Positions 1 to 9,226 of a stretch of DNA of 64,000 nt are shown here, piece by piece; within the stretch, counting starts at the first letter, position 1, and each line of letters starts with the position of its first letter. Under the pieces are notes generated by a model, which was not told the origin of the DNA, ran no database searches, and saw only the letters and a program-made list of their open reading frames with translations. The stretch covers positions 56 to 64,055 of the forward strand of contig DAIMYL010000001.1 in assembly GCA_036734505.1 (NCBI GenBank), written 5' to 3'. The position numbers were made by a program, and so were the translations under genes. Origin of the DNA: Steroidobacteraceae bacterium. GTDB taxonomy: Bacteria; Pseudomonadota; Gammaproteobacteria; Steroidobacterales; Steroidobacteraceae.

Positions 1-5
1 CCCCT

Positions 6-82
6 GGAAAGGTAGCTCAGCTGGTTAGAGCACGGCACTCATAATGCCGGGGTCGAGGGTTCGAGTCCCTCCCTTTCCACCA
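6..82 (+). tRNA. tRNA-Met, elongator type (anticodon CAU)
   Basis: Folds by hand into a cloverleaf. Acceptor stem GGAAAGG/CCTTTCC, D stem GCTC/GAGC, anticodon stem CGGCA/TGCCG with loop CTCATAA, T arm GAGGG-TTCGAGT-CCCTC, discriminator A and encoded CCA. G1:C72 is paired, so it is not an initiator. A tRNA-Ile2 (lysidine) identity cannot be excluded from sequence alone. Confidence 0.9.
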
Positions 83-131
83 TATCCGTCGACAGGCCTA
101 CACTGGGACCTCCGATCCTGTGGAGGTTCCC

Positions 132-551
132 ATGTCTGCCCCACCCAAGTGGTCCACCCCGGTCGCCGTCCTGGCGCTGCTCTGGAACCTTCTCGGTGCC
201 GCCGCCTACCTGATGGATGTCACTGCGACACCGGATGCCGTGGCGAAGATGGGCGAAGCCGAGCGTGCGATGTACGCGTCACGCCCGGCTTGGTTCGTGG
301 CCGCGTACGCCTGCGCCGTGTGGGCCGGCGTCGCCGGTTCGGTCGCGCTGCTCCGGCGCAAGCGATGGGCGACGCCGCTCTTCACGCTGTCCCTGCTCGG
401 GCTCCTCGTGCAGGACCTGACCTTGCTGTCGCGGCCGGAAGTGCGCGCGGACCCCGGCGTCCTGCTGTTGCAGGGCCTCGTGCTGGCGATCGCCGTGTCG
501 CTCCTGGTGGTCGCCCGCAAGGGCGAGCGTGAGGGTTGGCTCGTCGACTGA
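132..551 (+). CDS. Small integral membrane protein, unknown function (about 4 predicted TM helices)
   Basis: ORF 120..551. The ATG at 132 is preceded by GGAGG at 122-126. The translation has four hydrophobic stretches (VAVLALLWNLLGAAAYL, WFVAAYACAVWAGVAGSVALL, LFTLSLLGLLV, LLLQGLVLAIAVSLLVV). Confidence 0.55.
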   Translation: MSAPPKWSTPVAVLALLWNLLGAAAYLMDVTATPDAVAKMGEAERAMYASRPAWFVAAYACAVWAGVAGSVALLRRKRWATPLFTLSLLGLLVQDLTLLSRPEVRADPGVLLLQGLVLAIAVSLLVVARKGEREGWLVD

Positions 552-582
552 CGCGCCCCGACCTCGCCGAGGGCGCGCGCCT

Positions 583-1077
583 TCAGCGCCGCTCGAACAC
601 CAGCTTCTCGCGCGCCACGCGCCCGCCGTCGCCGTAGTAGCGGGCGGTGACGATCATGGTGCGCTGGTCCTCGGAGAGCGACCGGCGGAAGGTCGCGACC
701 CGCTCGCCACCGGCCTTGATGACCGAGGTGACGGCATCGCCGTCGTCCATGTCGATGGCGATGGTGTCGCCCACCGGCAGTCCGTGGATGGGGTAGTCGC
801 GGCCGTCGAGACGCGCCTTGAAGCGCACCTCGGACTCGAGCGATAGCTCATCACCCGACAGCACCAGCGCGCGCTCGAGGCCGCGCGGGGCCACCCCGGT
901 GGAGGCGAGCGCCACGCCTGTGGGCAGTGCGGGCGCCCCGGCGGCGGCCCGGGCGGCGAGTTCGGACTTGTCGTGGTTGAGCGCCCAACCTGCGGGCTCC
1001 TGAGCGTGGGCCAGTGGGCCGGCGCCGGCGAGGCAGAGCAGGGCGGAGAGCCCCATGCGATGCAGTTGTCCCTTCAT
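583..1077 (-). CDS. Secreted hypothetical protein
   Basis: Internal ATG of ORF 583..1344. The N-terminus MKGQLHRMGLSALLCLAGAGPLAHAQE looks like a Sec signal peptide with an AHA-Q cleavage site. I recognise no family. Confidence 0.5.
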   Translation of the reverse strand: MKGQLHRMGLSALLCLAGAGPLAHAQEPAGWALNHDKSELAARAAAGAPALPTGVALASTGVAPRGLERALVLSGDELSLESEVRFKARLDGRDYPIHGLPVGDTIAIDMDDGDAVTSVIKAGGERVATFRRSLSEDQRTMIVTARYYGDGGRVAREKLVFERR

Positions 1078-1214
1078 GTCGATGCCCCTTCTGTATCTGT
1101 GGATGAGGGTTGGGACCGAAACTACTCCCGCGCGGCGCGATGTCAACGATTTGTAACAATTCTGTGTTAGCGCACGGGCCGTAAGGTCGGGGAGTCCCTC
1201 AGGCACAGGAGGGC

Positions 1215-1243
1215 TTGACAGCGTGCAAAGCACTTTGTAGTTT
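1215..1243 (+). promoter_or_regulatory. Candidate sigma70-type promoter with an inverted repeat in the spacer
   Basis: TTGACA (1215-1220), a 17-nt spacer, then TAGTTT (1238-1243), about 35 nt upstream of the ATG at 1278. The spacer contains CAAAG-CA-CTTTG, a possible operator for the co-transcribed winged-helix regulator. Confidence 0.3.
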
Positions 1244-1277
1244 AAAGCACATGGCCACCCGATACAGGAGAACAGCC

Positions 1278-1925
1278 ATGTCCGAGTCCACACATACCGC
1301 TCCCGCTTCCAGCCCCGCCGACGACCTCGCCTTCCTGCGCGCACTCGCCGAGTCCGCCCGTGACGTCCCGTTCAGCGGCGGCGACTACTTCATCGCCGGT
1401 GGCGCGTGGTTCGCGCTCGCCAGCCTCGTGGTCTGGTTCGGGTCGCAAGGCCTCTTCGGCCTCAGCCTGCCGTCCGCGCATCTGGCGTTCGGCATCGGCG
1501 GGCTGGGTTTCGCCGCCACCCTGACCTACCTGCTGCGCCGCGACCGCGGGCAGGTGGAGACGGCGGGCAACCGCGCGCTGGGTGTCGCGTGGAGCGCGAT
1601 CGGTTGGAGCATCTTCGCTTTCGTCATCGGCGTGGCGCTGATCGCCTACCGCGGTCAACCGGTGGCGCTCGCCACCATCAGCCTGTTCGTCGTGAGCGTC
1701 TACGGCATCGGATGGGCGCTGGCAGCCGCGGTCACGCGGCAGGGGTGGATGCGCGCCACCGCGGGCTTCACCTTCCTCACGGTGCCGGTGCTCGGCGCTC
1801 TGGTCGGTACCGGCCACGACTACCTCGCCTATGCCATCGCCTTGGTGCTCATCGCGGTGGTGCCCGGCTTCCGGCTGCGCGCCGCCGCGCGCGCGGCACG
1901 GTCGTCGGCGACCGCCGGGGCCTGA
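1278..1925 (+). CDS. Integral membrane protein, unknown function
   Basis: ORF 1215..1925. The ATG at 1278 is preceded by AGGAG. The translation has several hydrophobic helices. Its stop lies 2 nt before the start of the downstream regulator, which suggests a two-gene operon. Confidence 0.55.
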   Translation: MSESTHTAPASSPADDLAFLRALAESARDVPFSGGDYFIAGGAWFALASLVVWFGSQGLFGLSLPSAHLAFGIGGLGFAATLTYLLRRDRGQVETAGNRALGVAWSAIGWSIFAFVIGVALIAYRGQPVALATISLFVVSVYGIGWALAAAVTRQGWMRATAGFTFLTVPVLGALVGTGHDYLAYAIALVLIAVVPGFRLRAAARAARSSATAGA

Positions 1926-1927
1926 CC

Positions 1928-2230
1928 GTGGCCGCGTCAGGCATCAACGCCCTCGACGAGGTGATCCATGGGCGGGTGCGGCTCGGCGTCATGGCCTACC
2001 TGGTCGGTGCCGGCAGCGCCGAGTTCGCGACGATCAAGGCGCATCTCGAGACCACCGACGGCAACCTCTCGGTGCACCTGCGCAAGCTGGAGGAGGCGGG
2101 GTACGTGACCGTGACCAAGTCCTTCCGCGACCGCAAGCCGCTCACCGCGGTGACGCTCACCGAGACCGGTCGCAAGGCCTTCGCCGACTACCTCGATGCG
2201 CTCGGCAGGGTGGTCTCGCAGGGGCGCTGA
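1928..2230 (+). CDS. Winged-helix DNA-binding transcriptional regulator (HTH_34/MarR-like, about 100 aa)
   Basis: In-frame GTG in ORF 1406..2230. The sequence LDEVIHGRVRLGVMAYL...FATIKAHLETTDGNLSVHLRKLEEAGYVTVTKSF...TLTETGRKAFADYLDAL is typical of small wHTH regulators. Confidence 0.7.
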   Translation: MAASGINALDEVIHGRVRLGVMAYLVGAGSAEFATIKAHLETTDGNLSVHLRKLEEAGYVTVTKSFRDRKPLTAVTLTETGRKAFADYLDALGRVVSQGR

Positions 2231-2236
2231 ACGGCC

Positions 2237-4084
2237 TCAGAACGGCGACATGCGGTCGACCACGCGGTGCGTGGCGGCCGCATCGTCGTCGCGGGCCTGC
2301 TCGCCGGGCGGCAGCATCGCGGCCTTGCCCATCTGCAGCGTGACGATGCCGTTCGGATAGATCGTGACGCGGTTGTCGCCCGAGCCTTGCATCGAGGGCA
2401 GCAGGAAGGCCTTGCCCGAAGCGCTGCCGACATGGCTCGGGAACCAGTACCCCATGCGGTACATGTTGTCGCCGGCCGGGATGTCCGCCGGCGCCTGCTC
2501 CGACGGCGCGCGGGCCAGGCCGCCCGCACGGTCACCGCGGATGAAGAGCGCGCCGCGTGCGGCCATGAGATCGCCGGTGAGACCGCGATGCAGCAACTGC
2601 TGCCCTTTGTGCGCGCCGCCCGCCTGCAGCAGCAGCGCGATCTTCGCCTGCTCGTCCAGGGTCGGGTACCAGCCGGCGTTCGCCCACACCGCGCCGCGCG
2701 CGCCGCCCGGCTCGAGGGTGCGCACCGCGGGCGCGTGATGGATGCCGATCGGCTTGAACACATCGTCCGTGAGCATCTGCCAGAGATCGGCCTGCGGTCC
2801 ACGGACGGACTTCAGGAAGCCGTCGATCGCGAGCCCGAGCAGGAAGTAATCCTGGTCGCGGTAGCGCATCACCGTGCCCGGCTCCCACGGAAACGGCTTG
2901 AGGTGGCGGTTGATGAGCGCGAGCTTCTCGGCCGTCGACCCGGCGGTGTACCAGGCGTCGTACTCGCCCTCGAGGTAGCCGGCGTAGGGGTCGTTGGGGT
3001 TCGTCTTGAGGCTGCCGAGCCCGCCGAAACCCGTCGCCATGTCGGCCGCATCGATGAAGCGGATGCGGTTCCACTTCGCGTGCAACCCGGGCACGAAATC
3101 GCCGATGTGCAGGTCGAGCACATAGGGGCCGTAGACTTCAGCGAGGCGCAGCAGCGCGAGCGGCGCGGCGACGCTCTTCATCACCGAACGCACCCCGAAG
3201 CGCATCTCGAGCGGATACGGGTAGGGGCCGTACGGCGTGGCGGAGTCCTGATGGTAGAGCGTGCCGCGCAGCACCAGCGCGTTGAGCACCTGCCACTTCG
3301 GGCGCAGCGGTCCGCCGAAGCCCGCGAGCGTGCCCGGCGCGAACTGCTTCTCGAGTTCCGACCAAGGCTTTGCGGGCAAGCGGTCGGCGAGTTCGCGGCG
3401 CGCCGCGGCGCGCTGCGCTTCGAGGTCTGCAAGCCCGCCTGCGGTGAAGGTCGCGGGCGCGCGGCCCCACAGCACGAAATGCTGCTGCAGCAGGTAGGGC
3501 GCGGTCTGCTGCGTGAACTGCAGCCGCAGCCCTGTCACCTCGCTGCCGCGGTACAGGAAGGTCGCGACGCCCTGGTGGGCGTGGTTCTCGGTGTCGTTGA
3601 CCAGCATCAGCGGCAGCGCCGCGCGCGACCACCCGCCGTCGCCCGGTTCGCGCCAGACGCGCCCGAACTGCGGGATGACGGTCCAGTAGCTGCGCTGCGC
3701 GCCGCGAGCGGTCTGCGCCGGGTTCTCGGCGATCATCTCGCCGCGCTGCACCGGCACCAACCGGTCACCGTCGCTGAAGAGCTGCAGCGTGAGCGCCGGG
3801 AAGAGCCGTGCATCGCGACCGCCGACCACCGGGCCTTTGAGTTCCGGCAGCGCCTGCATCGACGACTGCGCGACGCGCAGCGTGCCCACGAGCGGCGCGG
3901 CCGGTAGCGCGTCGGCTCCCGGTGCGAACGCGGCATTGTCGACAGGCGAGGTCGGCGCGCTCGCGGCGGTCATGGTGGCTACCGGCAGCTGCGTGGCCGC
4001 GGGTCCGGCCACGGTGACCGTCGCCGACCCGAAGGTCAGCCAGCAGATCGCGGTGCAGGTGATCGTTCTCGGCATGAGACGCAT
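2237..4084 (-). CDS. Secreted serine hydrolase (beta-lactamase / class C-related family)
   Basis: ATG at 4084 with AGGAGG upstream. The signal-like N-terminus is MRLMPRTITCTAICWLTFGSATVTVAG. An S-x-x-K motif is present (SVMKSVAAPL). Confidence 0.7.
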   Translation of the reverse strand: MRLMPRTITCTAICWLTFGSATVTVAGPAATQLPVATMTAASAPTSPVDNAAFAPGADALPAAPLVGTLRVAQSSMQALPELKGPVVGGRDARLFPALTLQLFSDGDRLVPVQRGEMIAENPAQTARGAQRSYWTVIPQFGRVWREPGDGGWSRAALPLMLVNDTENHAHQGVATFLYRGSEVTGLRLQFTQQTAPYLLQQHFVLWGRAPATFTAGGLADLEAQRAAARRELADRLPAKPWSELEKQFAPGTLAGFGGPLRPKWQVLNALVLRGTLYHQDSATPYGPYPYPLEMRFGVRSVMKSVAAPLALLRLAEVYGPYVLDLHIGDFVPGLHAKWNRIRFIDAADMATGFGGLGSLKTNPNDPYAGYLEGEYDAWYTAGSTAEKLALINRHLKPFPWEPGTVMRYRDQDYFLLGLAIDGFLKSVRGPQADLWQMLTDDVFKPIGIHHAPAVRTLEPGGARGAVWANAGWYPTLDEQAKIALLLQAGGAHKGQQLLHRGLTGDLMAARGALFIRGDRAGGLARAPSEQAPADIPAGDNMYRMGYWFPSHVGSASGKAFLLPSMQGSGDNRVTIYPNGIVTLQMGKAAMLPPGEQARDDDAAATHRVVDRMSPF

Positions 4085-4221
4085 CGGCAGGTCCTCCTGA
4101 GCGGACATCCGGTCCTTTATGCCTGTCCGACGACAGGGTGTCTTGAGCGGACGCGTCACGGCATGTCGCCTTGCCGCATCGCGCCCGCGGTCACTACGGA
4201 GACAGGCGCGGATCCCGGACT

Positions 4222-5004
4222 TCAGCGGCCCCGCCAGACCGGCTTGCGCTTCTCGGCGAACGCGCGCGCGCCTTCCTTCTGGTCTTCGCTGGAGTAGAGC
4301 TTGTCGACCGTGGGCAGGCGGCGCTTGGTGACCCTGTCGAAGGCCTCCTGCACGGGCAGGTGTGAGGTCTCGCGGATGATCTCCTTGATGGCCGCGAACA
4401 CCAAGGGCGGACCCTCGGCGAGCTGTTGCGCGAGCTCGCGGGCGCGCTCCATCAGGCGATCGGCGGGGACGATCTCGTTGACGAGCCCCCACTGCTTCGC
4501 CTCCTGCGCGTCGATGCGTCGGCCGGTGAGCAGCAGTTCCATCGCCACATGGTAGGGGATGCGCCGCGGCAGCTTGATGGACGCCGCATCGGCGACGGTG
4601 CCGGAGTCGATCTCGGGCAGCGCGAAGGTCGCATGTTCGGCGGCGATGAGGATGTCGCAGGACAGCGCGATCTCGAAGCCGCCGCCGAAGGCGAGGCCGT
4701 TGATGGCGCAGATCACGGGCTTGTTGAGGCCGGGCAGCTCCTGCAGGCCGCCGAAGCCGCCCACGCCGTAGTCGGAATCCGGCGCTTCGCCCGCGGCTGC
4801 GGCCTTGAGGTCCCAGCCGGGACAGAAGAAGCGCTCGCCCGCGGCGGTGAGGATCGCGACCCGCAGTTCCGGGTCGTCGCGGAAGGCCGCGAACACCTCG
4901 CCCATGATGCGGCTGGTCGCGGCATCGATGGCGTTGGCCTTGGGGCGGTCGATGGTGACCTCGAGCACGGCGCCGCGGCGTTCGGTACGGATGGGGTCGG
5001 TCAT
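4222..5004 (-). CDS. Enoyl-CoA hydratase family, crotonobetainyl-CoA hydratase / carnitinyl-CoA dehydratase (CaiD-like)
   Basis: Crotonase oxyanion region ICAINGLAFGGGFEIALSCDI, with full-length crotonase-like sequence. It is the last gene of a minus-strand operon with an acyl-CoA dehydrogenase and an acyl-CoA synthetase, next to carnitine genes. Confidence 0.85.
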   Translation of the reverse strand: MTDPIRTERRGAVLEVTIDRPKANAIDAATSRIMGEVFAAFRDDPELRVAILTAAGERFFCPGWDLKAAAAGEAPDSDYGVGGFGGLQELPGLNKPVICAINGLAFGGGFEIALSCDILIAAEHATFALPEIDSGTVADAASIKLPRRIPYHVAMELLLTGRRIDAQEAKQWGLVNEIVPADRLMERARELAQQLAEGPPLVFAAIKEIIRETSHLPVQEAFDRVTKRRLPTVDKLYSSEDQKEGARAFAEKRKPVWRGR

Positions 5005-5026
5005 GTCGGCCTCGGGTCTGTAGTTG

Positions 5027-7063
5027 TCAGTCGGCAGGCGTGAGCTTGATGAGCGCATCCACCGCGACCGCACGGTCGGGCAGGGCGAGCAGGGGGTTCA
5101 CGTCGAGTTCGAGCAGGCGGTCGCGATGCGACTCCGCGAAACGGACGACCGCCTCGATGGCGCGCAGCACCGACTCCGGGTCGCCGTGACGACCGCGATG
5201 CCCCTCTATGAGCGTCCAGACCCGCAGCCGCTTCACGGCGCGCTCGATGTCCCCGCGCGTCGCGGGCAGCAGCAGCGTCACCGAATCGGTGATGAGCTCC
5301 GCGAGCACGCCGCCCGCGCCGATGAGCAGCGCGAACCCGAACTGCGGATCGCGCACCACACCGACGATGAGTTCGGCCACGGCGCCGCCGACCATCTGCT
5401 CGACGAGCACCCGGTCGCCGAGCGTGGCCATGCGCGCAGAGGCCGCGGCGACCTCGTCGGCCGAACGCAGCCCGAGCGCCACGCCGCCGACATCGCTCTT
5501 GTGGGCGATGCGGTCGTCCGCGATCTTGAGCACCACCGGAAACCCGATGCGGGTCGCGACCTCCGCCGATCCCTCGACGCTGCACTCGGCCGACGCGGGG
5601 ACGGCAAGCCCGTGGGTCGCGAGCAGCGCCTTCGCCGCGGCTTCGCGCAGCATCGTGCCCCTCGCGTCACCGTCGCTGCCGGGTGCCCATGGCAGAGGCG
5701 CGACCGGCTGGGCGTGACGCTCGCCGATGGCTGCAGCCGCGGCGAACGCGGTCAGCGCGTCCTCGATGCCGATCAGCGGTGCGACGCCCGCGGCGCCGAG
5801 CTCGGCGGCGAGCCCCTCGGGCATGCCTTCCGGCAGCGTCGCGACCACCACCGCCCGCGCGCCGATGCGTCGCTGCGCCGCGATCCATGCCCGTGCGGTG
5901 ACGAGCCAGGAGTCGGGCTTCATCGCCGGGTGCGTCGGCGTGTCGAGGATCAGCATCGCGACATCGAAACCGCCGGCCATCGCGGCGGCGAAGGTGTTCT
6001 CGAGCGCTTCGGCCTGGTTCCAGATGAAGGTGTGGTAATCGAGCGGGTTGTCGATGTGCACGAGGTCGTTGAGCGTCGCGGCGACACCGCGCGCCGCCGT
6101 CTCGCTGAACGGCGGGAAGGAAAGACCATGCGCCGGCGCGAGATCGGCCACGAGCGCCGCCTCGCCGCCCGAGCAGCTCAAAGAGATCAGCCGGCGGCCG
6201 GTGGTCGGACCGCCGAAGTGCAGCAGCTTCAGCGTCTCGACCAATGCGGAGGCCGTGGGTACCCGCGCCACGCCGTAGCGCTCGAACAGCGCCTCGCAGA
6301 TGCGGTCCTCGCCGGCGAGCGAGGCGGTGTGGCTCATCGCGATGCGCGCGCCCTGCGGCGAGCGGCCGGTCTTGAGCGCGACCACCGGTTTGCCGGCGGC
6401 CTGCGCGCGCGCGGCGGCCGCGGCGAAGGCCTGCGGGTCGCGCAGGCCTTCGATGTGCAGACCGATGGCGGTGATGCGCGGGTCCTCGGCGAAGGCGTCG
6501 ACGGCCGCGGCGATGTCCACATCGGCCTGGTTGCCGAGCGTCAGCAGCGCCGCCACCGGCAGACCGCGACGCATCATGGTGAGATTGCAGCCGATGTTCC
6601 CCGACTGTGTGACGAGCGCAACGCCGCGCTCGACCGGCGCCAGCGCATGCTCGTCGGGCCACAGCGCGGCGCGCGAGGTGGTGTTGATGAAGCCGTAGCA
6701 GTTGGGGCCGAGCAGCGGCATGCCGTCCGCGGCGGCGAGCAAGGCGTCCTGTCGGCCGCGATCACCGGTCTCCGCGAAACCCGCTGCGTAGATGACTGCA
6801 CCGCCGCAGCCGCGCGCACGCAGCGCGGCGACAGCGTCCGGCGTCAGCGCGCGCGGCAGGGCGATGAACGCCGCGTCGGGCGAGCCGTCGATATCGGCGA
6901 CGGAGGCGACGGTGGGCACGCCGCCCAACTGCGGCCGGCGCGGGTTGACCGCCCAGATGCGGCCCTCGAAGCCGAGCGCGCGGGTCCGCTCGATGGCGAT
7001 GGCGCATTCGCTGCCGCCGACGAAGGCGATCGACCGCGGGTGGAGCAGCCGCTGCAGCCGCAT
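5027..7063 (-). CDS. NDP-forming acyl-CoA synthetase (CoA-binding + succinyl-CoA-synthetase-like + ATP-grasp domains). Probable gamma-butyrobetaine-CoA synthetase.
   Basis: N-terminus LLHPRSIAFVGGS...WAVNP (CoA-binding), MSHTASLAG (phosphohistidine loop) and a C-terminal ATP-grasp domain (FPVVLKI...SDVGGV). Its ATG abuts the stop of the upstream acyl-CoA dehydrogenase (7061-7066). Confidence 0.85.
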   Translation of the reverse strand: MRLQRLLHPRSIAFVGGSECAIAIERTRALGFEGRIWAVNPRRPQLGGVPTVASVADIDGSPDAAFIALPRALTPDAVAALRARGCGGAVIYAAGFAETGDRGRQDALLAAADGMPLLGPNCYGFINTTSRAALWPDEHALAPVERGVALVTQSGNIGCNLTMMRRGLPVAALLTLGNQADVDIAAAVDAFAEDPRITAIGLHIEGLRDPQAFAAAAARAQAAGKPVVALKTGRSPQGARIAMSHTASLAGEDRICEALFERYGVARVPTASALVETLKLLHFGGPTTGRRLISLSCSGGEAALVADLAPAHGLSFPPFSETAARGVAATLNDLVHIDNPLDYHTFIWNQAEALENTFAAAMAGGFDVAMLILDTPTHPAMKPDSWLVTARAWIAAQRRIGARAVVVATLPEGMPEGLAAELGAAGVAPLIGIEDALTAFAAAAAIGERHAQPVAPLPWAPGSDGDARGTMLREAAAKALLATHGLAVPASAECSVEGSAEVATRIGFPVVLKIADDRIAHKSDVGGVALGLRSADEVAAASARMATLGDRVLVEQMVGGAVAELIVGVVRDPQFGFALLIGAGGVLAELITDSVTLLLPATRGDIERAVKRLRVWTLIEGHRGRHGDPESVLRAIEAVVRFAESHRDRLLELDVNPLLALPDRAVAVDALIKLTPAD

Positions 7064-8227
7064 TCAGGCGCCGAGCGGCCGCAGCAGCGCGCGCGAGATG
7101 ATGTGGCGCTGGATCTCCGAGGTGCCTTCCCAGATGCGCTCGACGCGCGCGTCGCGCCAGATGCGCTCGAGCGGCAGGTCGGACATCAGGCCCATGCCGC
7201 CGTGGATCTGGATGGCCTCATCGGCGACGAAGGCCAGCATCTCGGTGGCCTTGAGCTTCGCCATCGCCATGTCGGAGTCGGTGACCGTGCCTTGGTCGAC
7301 CTTCCAGGCGGCCTCGAGGGTGAGCAGCTCCGCGGCCTTGAGTTCGGTCGCCATGTCGGCGAGCTTGAAGGCGACGCCCTGGAACTTGCCGATCTGCTGA
7401 CCGAACTGCTGGCGCTCGGCGGCCCACTTCACGGCGAGGTCGAGCGCGCGCTCGGCGCGCCCGAGACAGGTCGCCGCCACCTGCAGCCGCGTCGCGCCGA
7501 GCCACTGGTTGGCGATCTCGAAGCCGCGACCGACTTCGCCCAGCACCGCCGACTTCGGCACGCGGCAGTCGTCGAACTGCAGCACGCAGTTGTTGTAGCC
7601 GCGGTGCGAGACGCTCTTGTAGCCGTCCAGGATCTGGAAGCCGGGCGTACCGCGGTCGATCAGGAAAGCGGTGATGAGCGCGCGGCTGCCGCGCGCGGAG
7701 GACTCCTCGCCGGTGGCTGCGAACAGCACCACGAAATCGGCCTCGTCGGCGTGGCTGATGAAGTGCTTGGTGCCGTTGATGATGAAGTCGTCGCCGTCGC
7801 GCCGCGCGCGGGTCTTCATGCCACGCAGGTCGGAACCGGCGCCCGGTTCGGTCATGGCGAGGCAATCGGAACGCTCGCCCCGGATGGCCGGGAAGAGATA
7901 GCGCTCGCGCTGCTCGCCCTCGCAGGCCATGAGGATGTTCGAGGGGCGGGCGACACAAGTCCAGTGCAGCGCGTAGTTGGCGCGACCGAGCTCGCGCTCG
8001 TAGAGGATCCAGGTGAGGGTGTCGAGTCCGGCGCCGCCGACCTCGGCCGGCATGTTGGCCGCGTAGAGCCCAGCCTCGATGGCCTTGCGCTTGATCTCGT
8101 CCCGCAGCTCCGGCCGCAGCCGCCCGGTGGTCTCGATCTCGGCCTCGTGCGGGTAGAGCTCGTTGACCACGAACCCGCGGGTGGTGTCGACGATCAGTCG
8201 CTGCTCTTCGGTGAGGGAAAAGTGCAT
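7064..8227 (-). CDS. Acyl-CoA dehydrogenase. Probable gamma-butyrobetainyl-CoA dehydrogenase.
   Basis: The internal ATG at 8227 of ORF 7064..9220 gives a 387-aa protein. The sequence is ACAD-like throughout (TEPGAGSD, IHGGMG, ERIWEGTSEIQ). Confidence 0.9.
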   Translation of the reverse strand: MHFSLTEEQRLIVDTTRGFVVNELYPHEAEIETTGRLRPELRDEIKRKAIEAGLYAANMPAEVGGAGLDTLTWILYERELGRANYALHWTCVARPSNILMACEGEQRERYLFPAIRGERSDCLAMTEPGAGSDLRGMKTRARRDGDDFIINGTKHFISHADEADFVVLFAATGEESSARGSRALITAFLIDRGTPGFQILDGYKSVSHRGYNNCVLQFDDCRVPKSAVLGEVGRGFEIANQWLGATRLQVAATCLGRAERALDLAVKWAAERQQFGQQIGKFQGVAFKLADMATELKAAELLTLEAAWKVDQGTVTDSDMAMAKLKATEMLAFVADEAIQIHGGMGLMSDLPLERIWRDARVERIWEGTSEIQRHIISRALLRPLGA

Positions 8228-8305
8228 GGTTCTCCGCCGCTGGCGCGCGCCCGCATCTATGGCATGATTGAAAGCACAAGCATAAACCCACGGGGGCGGG
8301 GCTGC

Positions 8306-9226
8306 ATGCCGCTGCAGATCAGTCGCGAAGTGTTCATCACCTGCGCCGTCACCGGCTCGGGGGGTACCCAGGACCGTTCCCACCATGTGCCGCGCTCGCC
8401 GCGCGACATCGCCGCGAGCGCCATCGCCGCCGCCAGGGCGGGGGCCGCCGTCGTCCATTGCCATGTGCGCGACCCCATCACCGGCAAGGCGAGCCGCGAC
8501 CCCGTGCTCTACCGCGAGGTGGTCGACCGTATCCGCGACTCGGACACCGATGTCGTCATCAACCTCACCGCCGGCATGGGCGGCGACCTCGTGCTGGGGC
8601 CGCCGACGGCCCCGCTGCCCGTGAACCCGGTCGGCACGGACATGGGCAGCGCGGAGGACCGCATGCGGCCGATCGCCGATTGCCTCCCCGAGATCTGCAC
8701 GCTCGACTGCGGCACCATGAACTTCGCCGAAGCCGACTATGTCATGACGAACACGCCCGGCATGCTGCGGGCGATGGGCGGCATGATGACCGCGCTCGGC
8801 GTGCGTCCCGAGATCGAGGCCTTCGACACCGGCCACCTCTGGTTCGCCAAGCGTCTGGTGGAAGAGGGCGTGCTCAAGGGGCCGGCGTTGGTGCAGCTCT
8901 GCATGGGCATCCCTTGGGGTGCGCCCAACGACCTCGACACCTTCATGGCGATGGTCCACAACGTGCCTGCGGATTGGACCTGGTCGGCCTTCAGCCTCGG
9001 TCGCGACCAGATGCCCTATGTCGCCGCGGCGGTGCTGGCGGGCGGCAATGTCCGCGTCGGTCTCGAGGACAATCTTTGGCTCGACAAGGGCGTGCTCGCT
9101 CGCAACGAGGATCTGGTCGAGCGCGCGGTCGGCATCATCGAGCGCATGGGCGCGCGTGTGATCGGTCCGCAGGCCGTGCGCGACAAGCTCGGCCTCGTCA
9201 AACGCGCGCCGGTCGCGCACGCATGA
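8306..9226 (+). CDS. BKACE-family (DUF849) beta-keto acid cleavage enzyme, dehydrocarnitine cleavage enzyme
   Basis: MPLQISREVFITCAVTGSG...HCHVRDP...GLEDNLW matches the 3-keto-5-aminohexanoate cleavage enzyme fold family. It lies immediately upstream of carnitine dehydrogenase, with an ATGA overlap at 9223-9226. Confidence 0.9.
   Translation: MPLQISREVFITCAVTGSGGTQDRSHHVPRSPRDIAASAIAAARAGAAVVHCHVRDPITGKASRDPVLYREVVDRIRDSDTDVVINLTAGMGGDLVLGPPTAPLPVNPVGTDMGSAEDRMRPIADCLPEICTLDCGTMNFAEADYVMTNTPGMLRAMGGMMTALGVRPEIEAFDTGHLWFAKRLVEEGVLKGPALVQLCMGIPWGAPNDLDTFMAMVHNVPADWTWSAFSLGRDQMPYVAAAVLAGGNVRVGLEDNLWLDKGVLARNEDLVERAVGIIERMGARVIGPQAVRDKLGLVKRAPVAHA

Noticed and set aside
1-2300. The tRNA-Met at the window start as a possible genomic-island integration site for the downstream catabolic supercluster.
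   Set aside because: There is no integrase, recombinase, IS element or direct repeat of the tRNA 3' end anywhere in the window. I also saw no obvious compositional break apart from short promoter regions.
4103-4110. An extra intergenic copy of GGACATCC just upstream of the serine hydrolase start, considered as a possible member of the same regulon as the 34344-34399 cluster.
   Set aside because: It is a single 8-mer with no partner half-site. Comparable single copies occur inside several coding regions, so chance occurrence is plausible.
5024-9226. Very long ORFs, such as the 1400-aa plus-strand ORF 5024..9226. Others are 16038..18911 (-), 22889..25249 (-), 32020..35385 (+), 39424..41571 (-), 11977..14136 (-) and 61591..63558 (+).
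   Set aside because: These ORFs run antisense to, or out of frame with, genes that have clear family signatures. Their translations are Arg/Ala/Gly/Pro-rich low-complexity sequence, typical of stop-codon-poor GC-rich DNA. Only the 3' parts in the correct frame (for example BKACE at 8306-9226 and the regulator at 34375-35385) are real.
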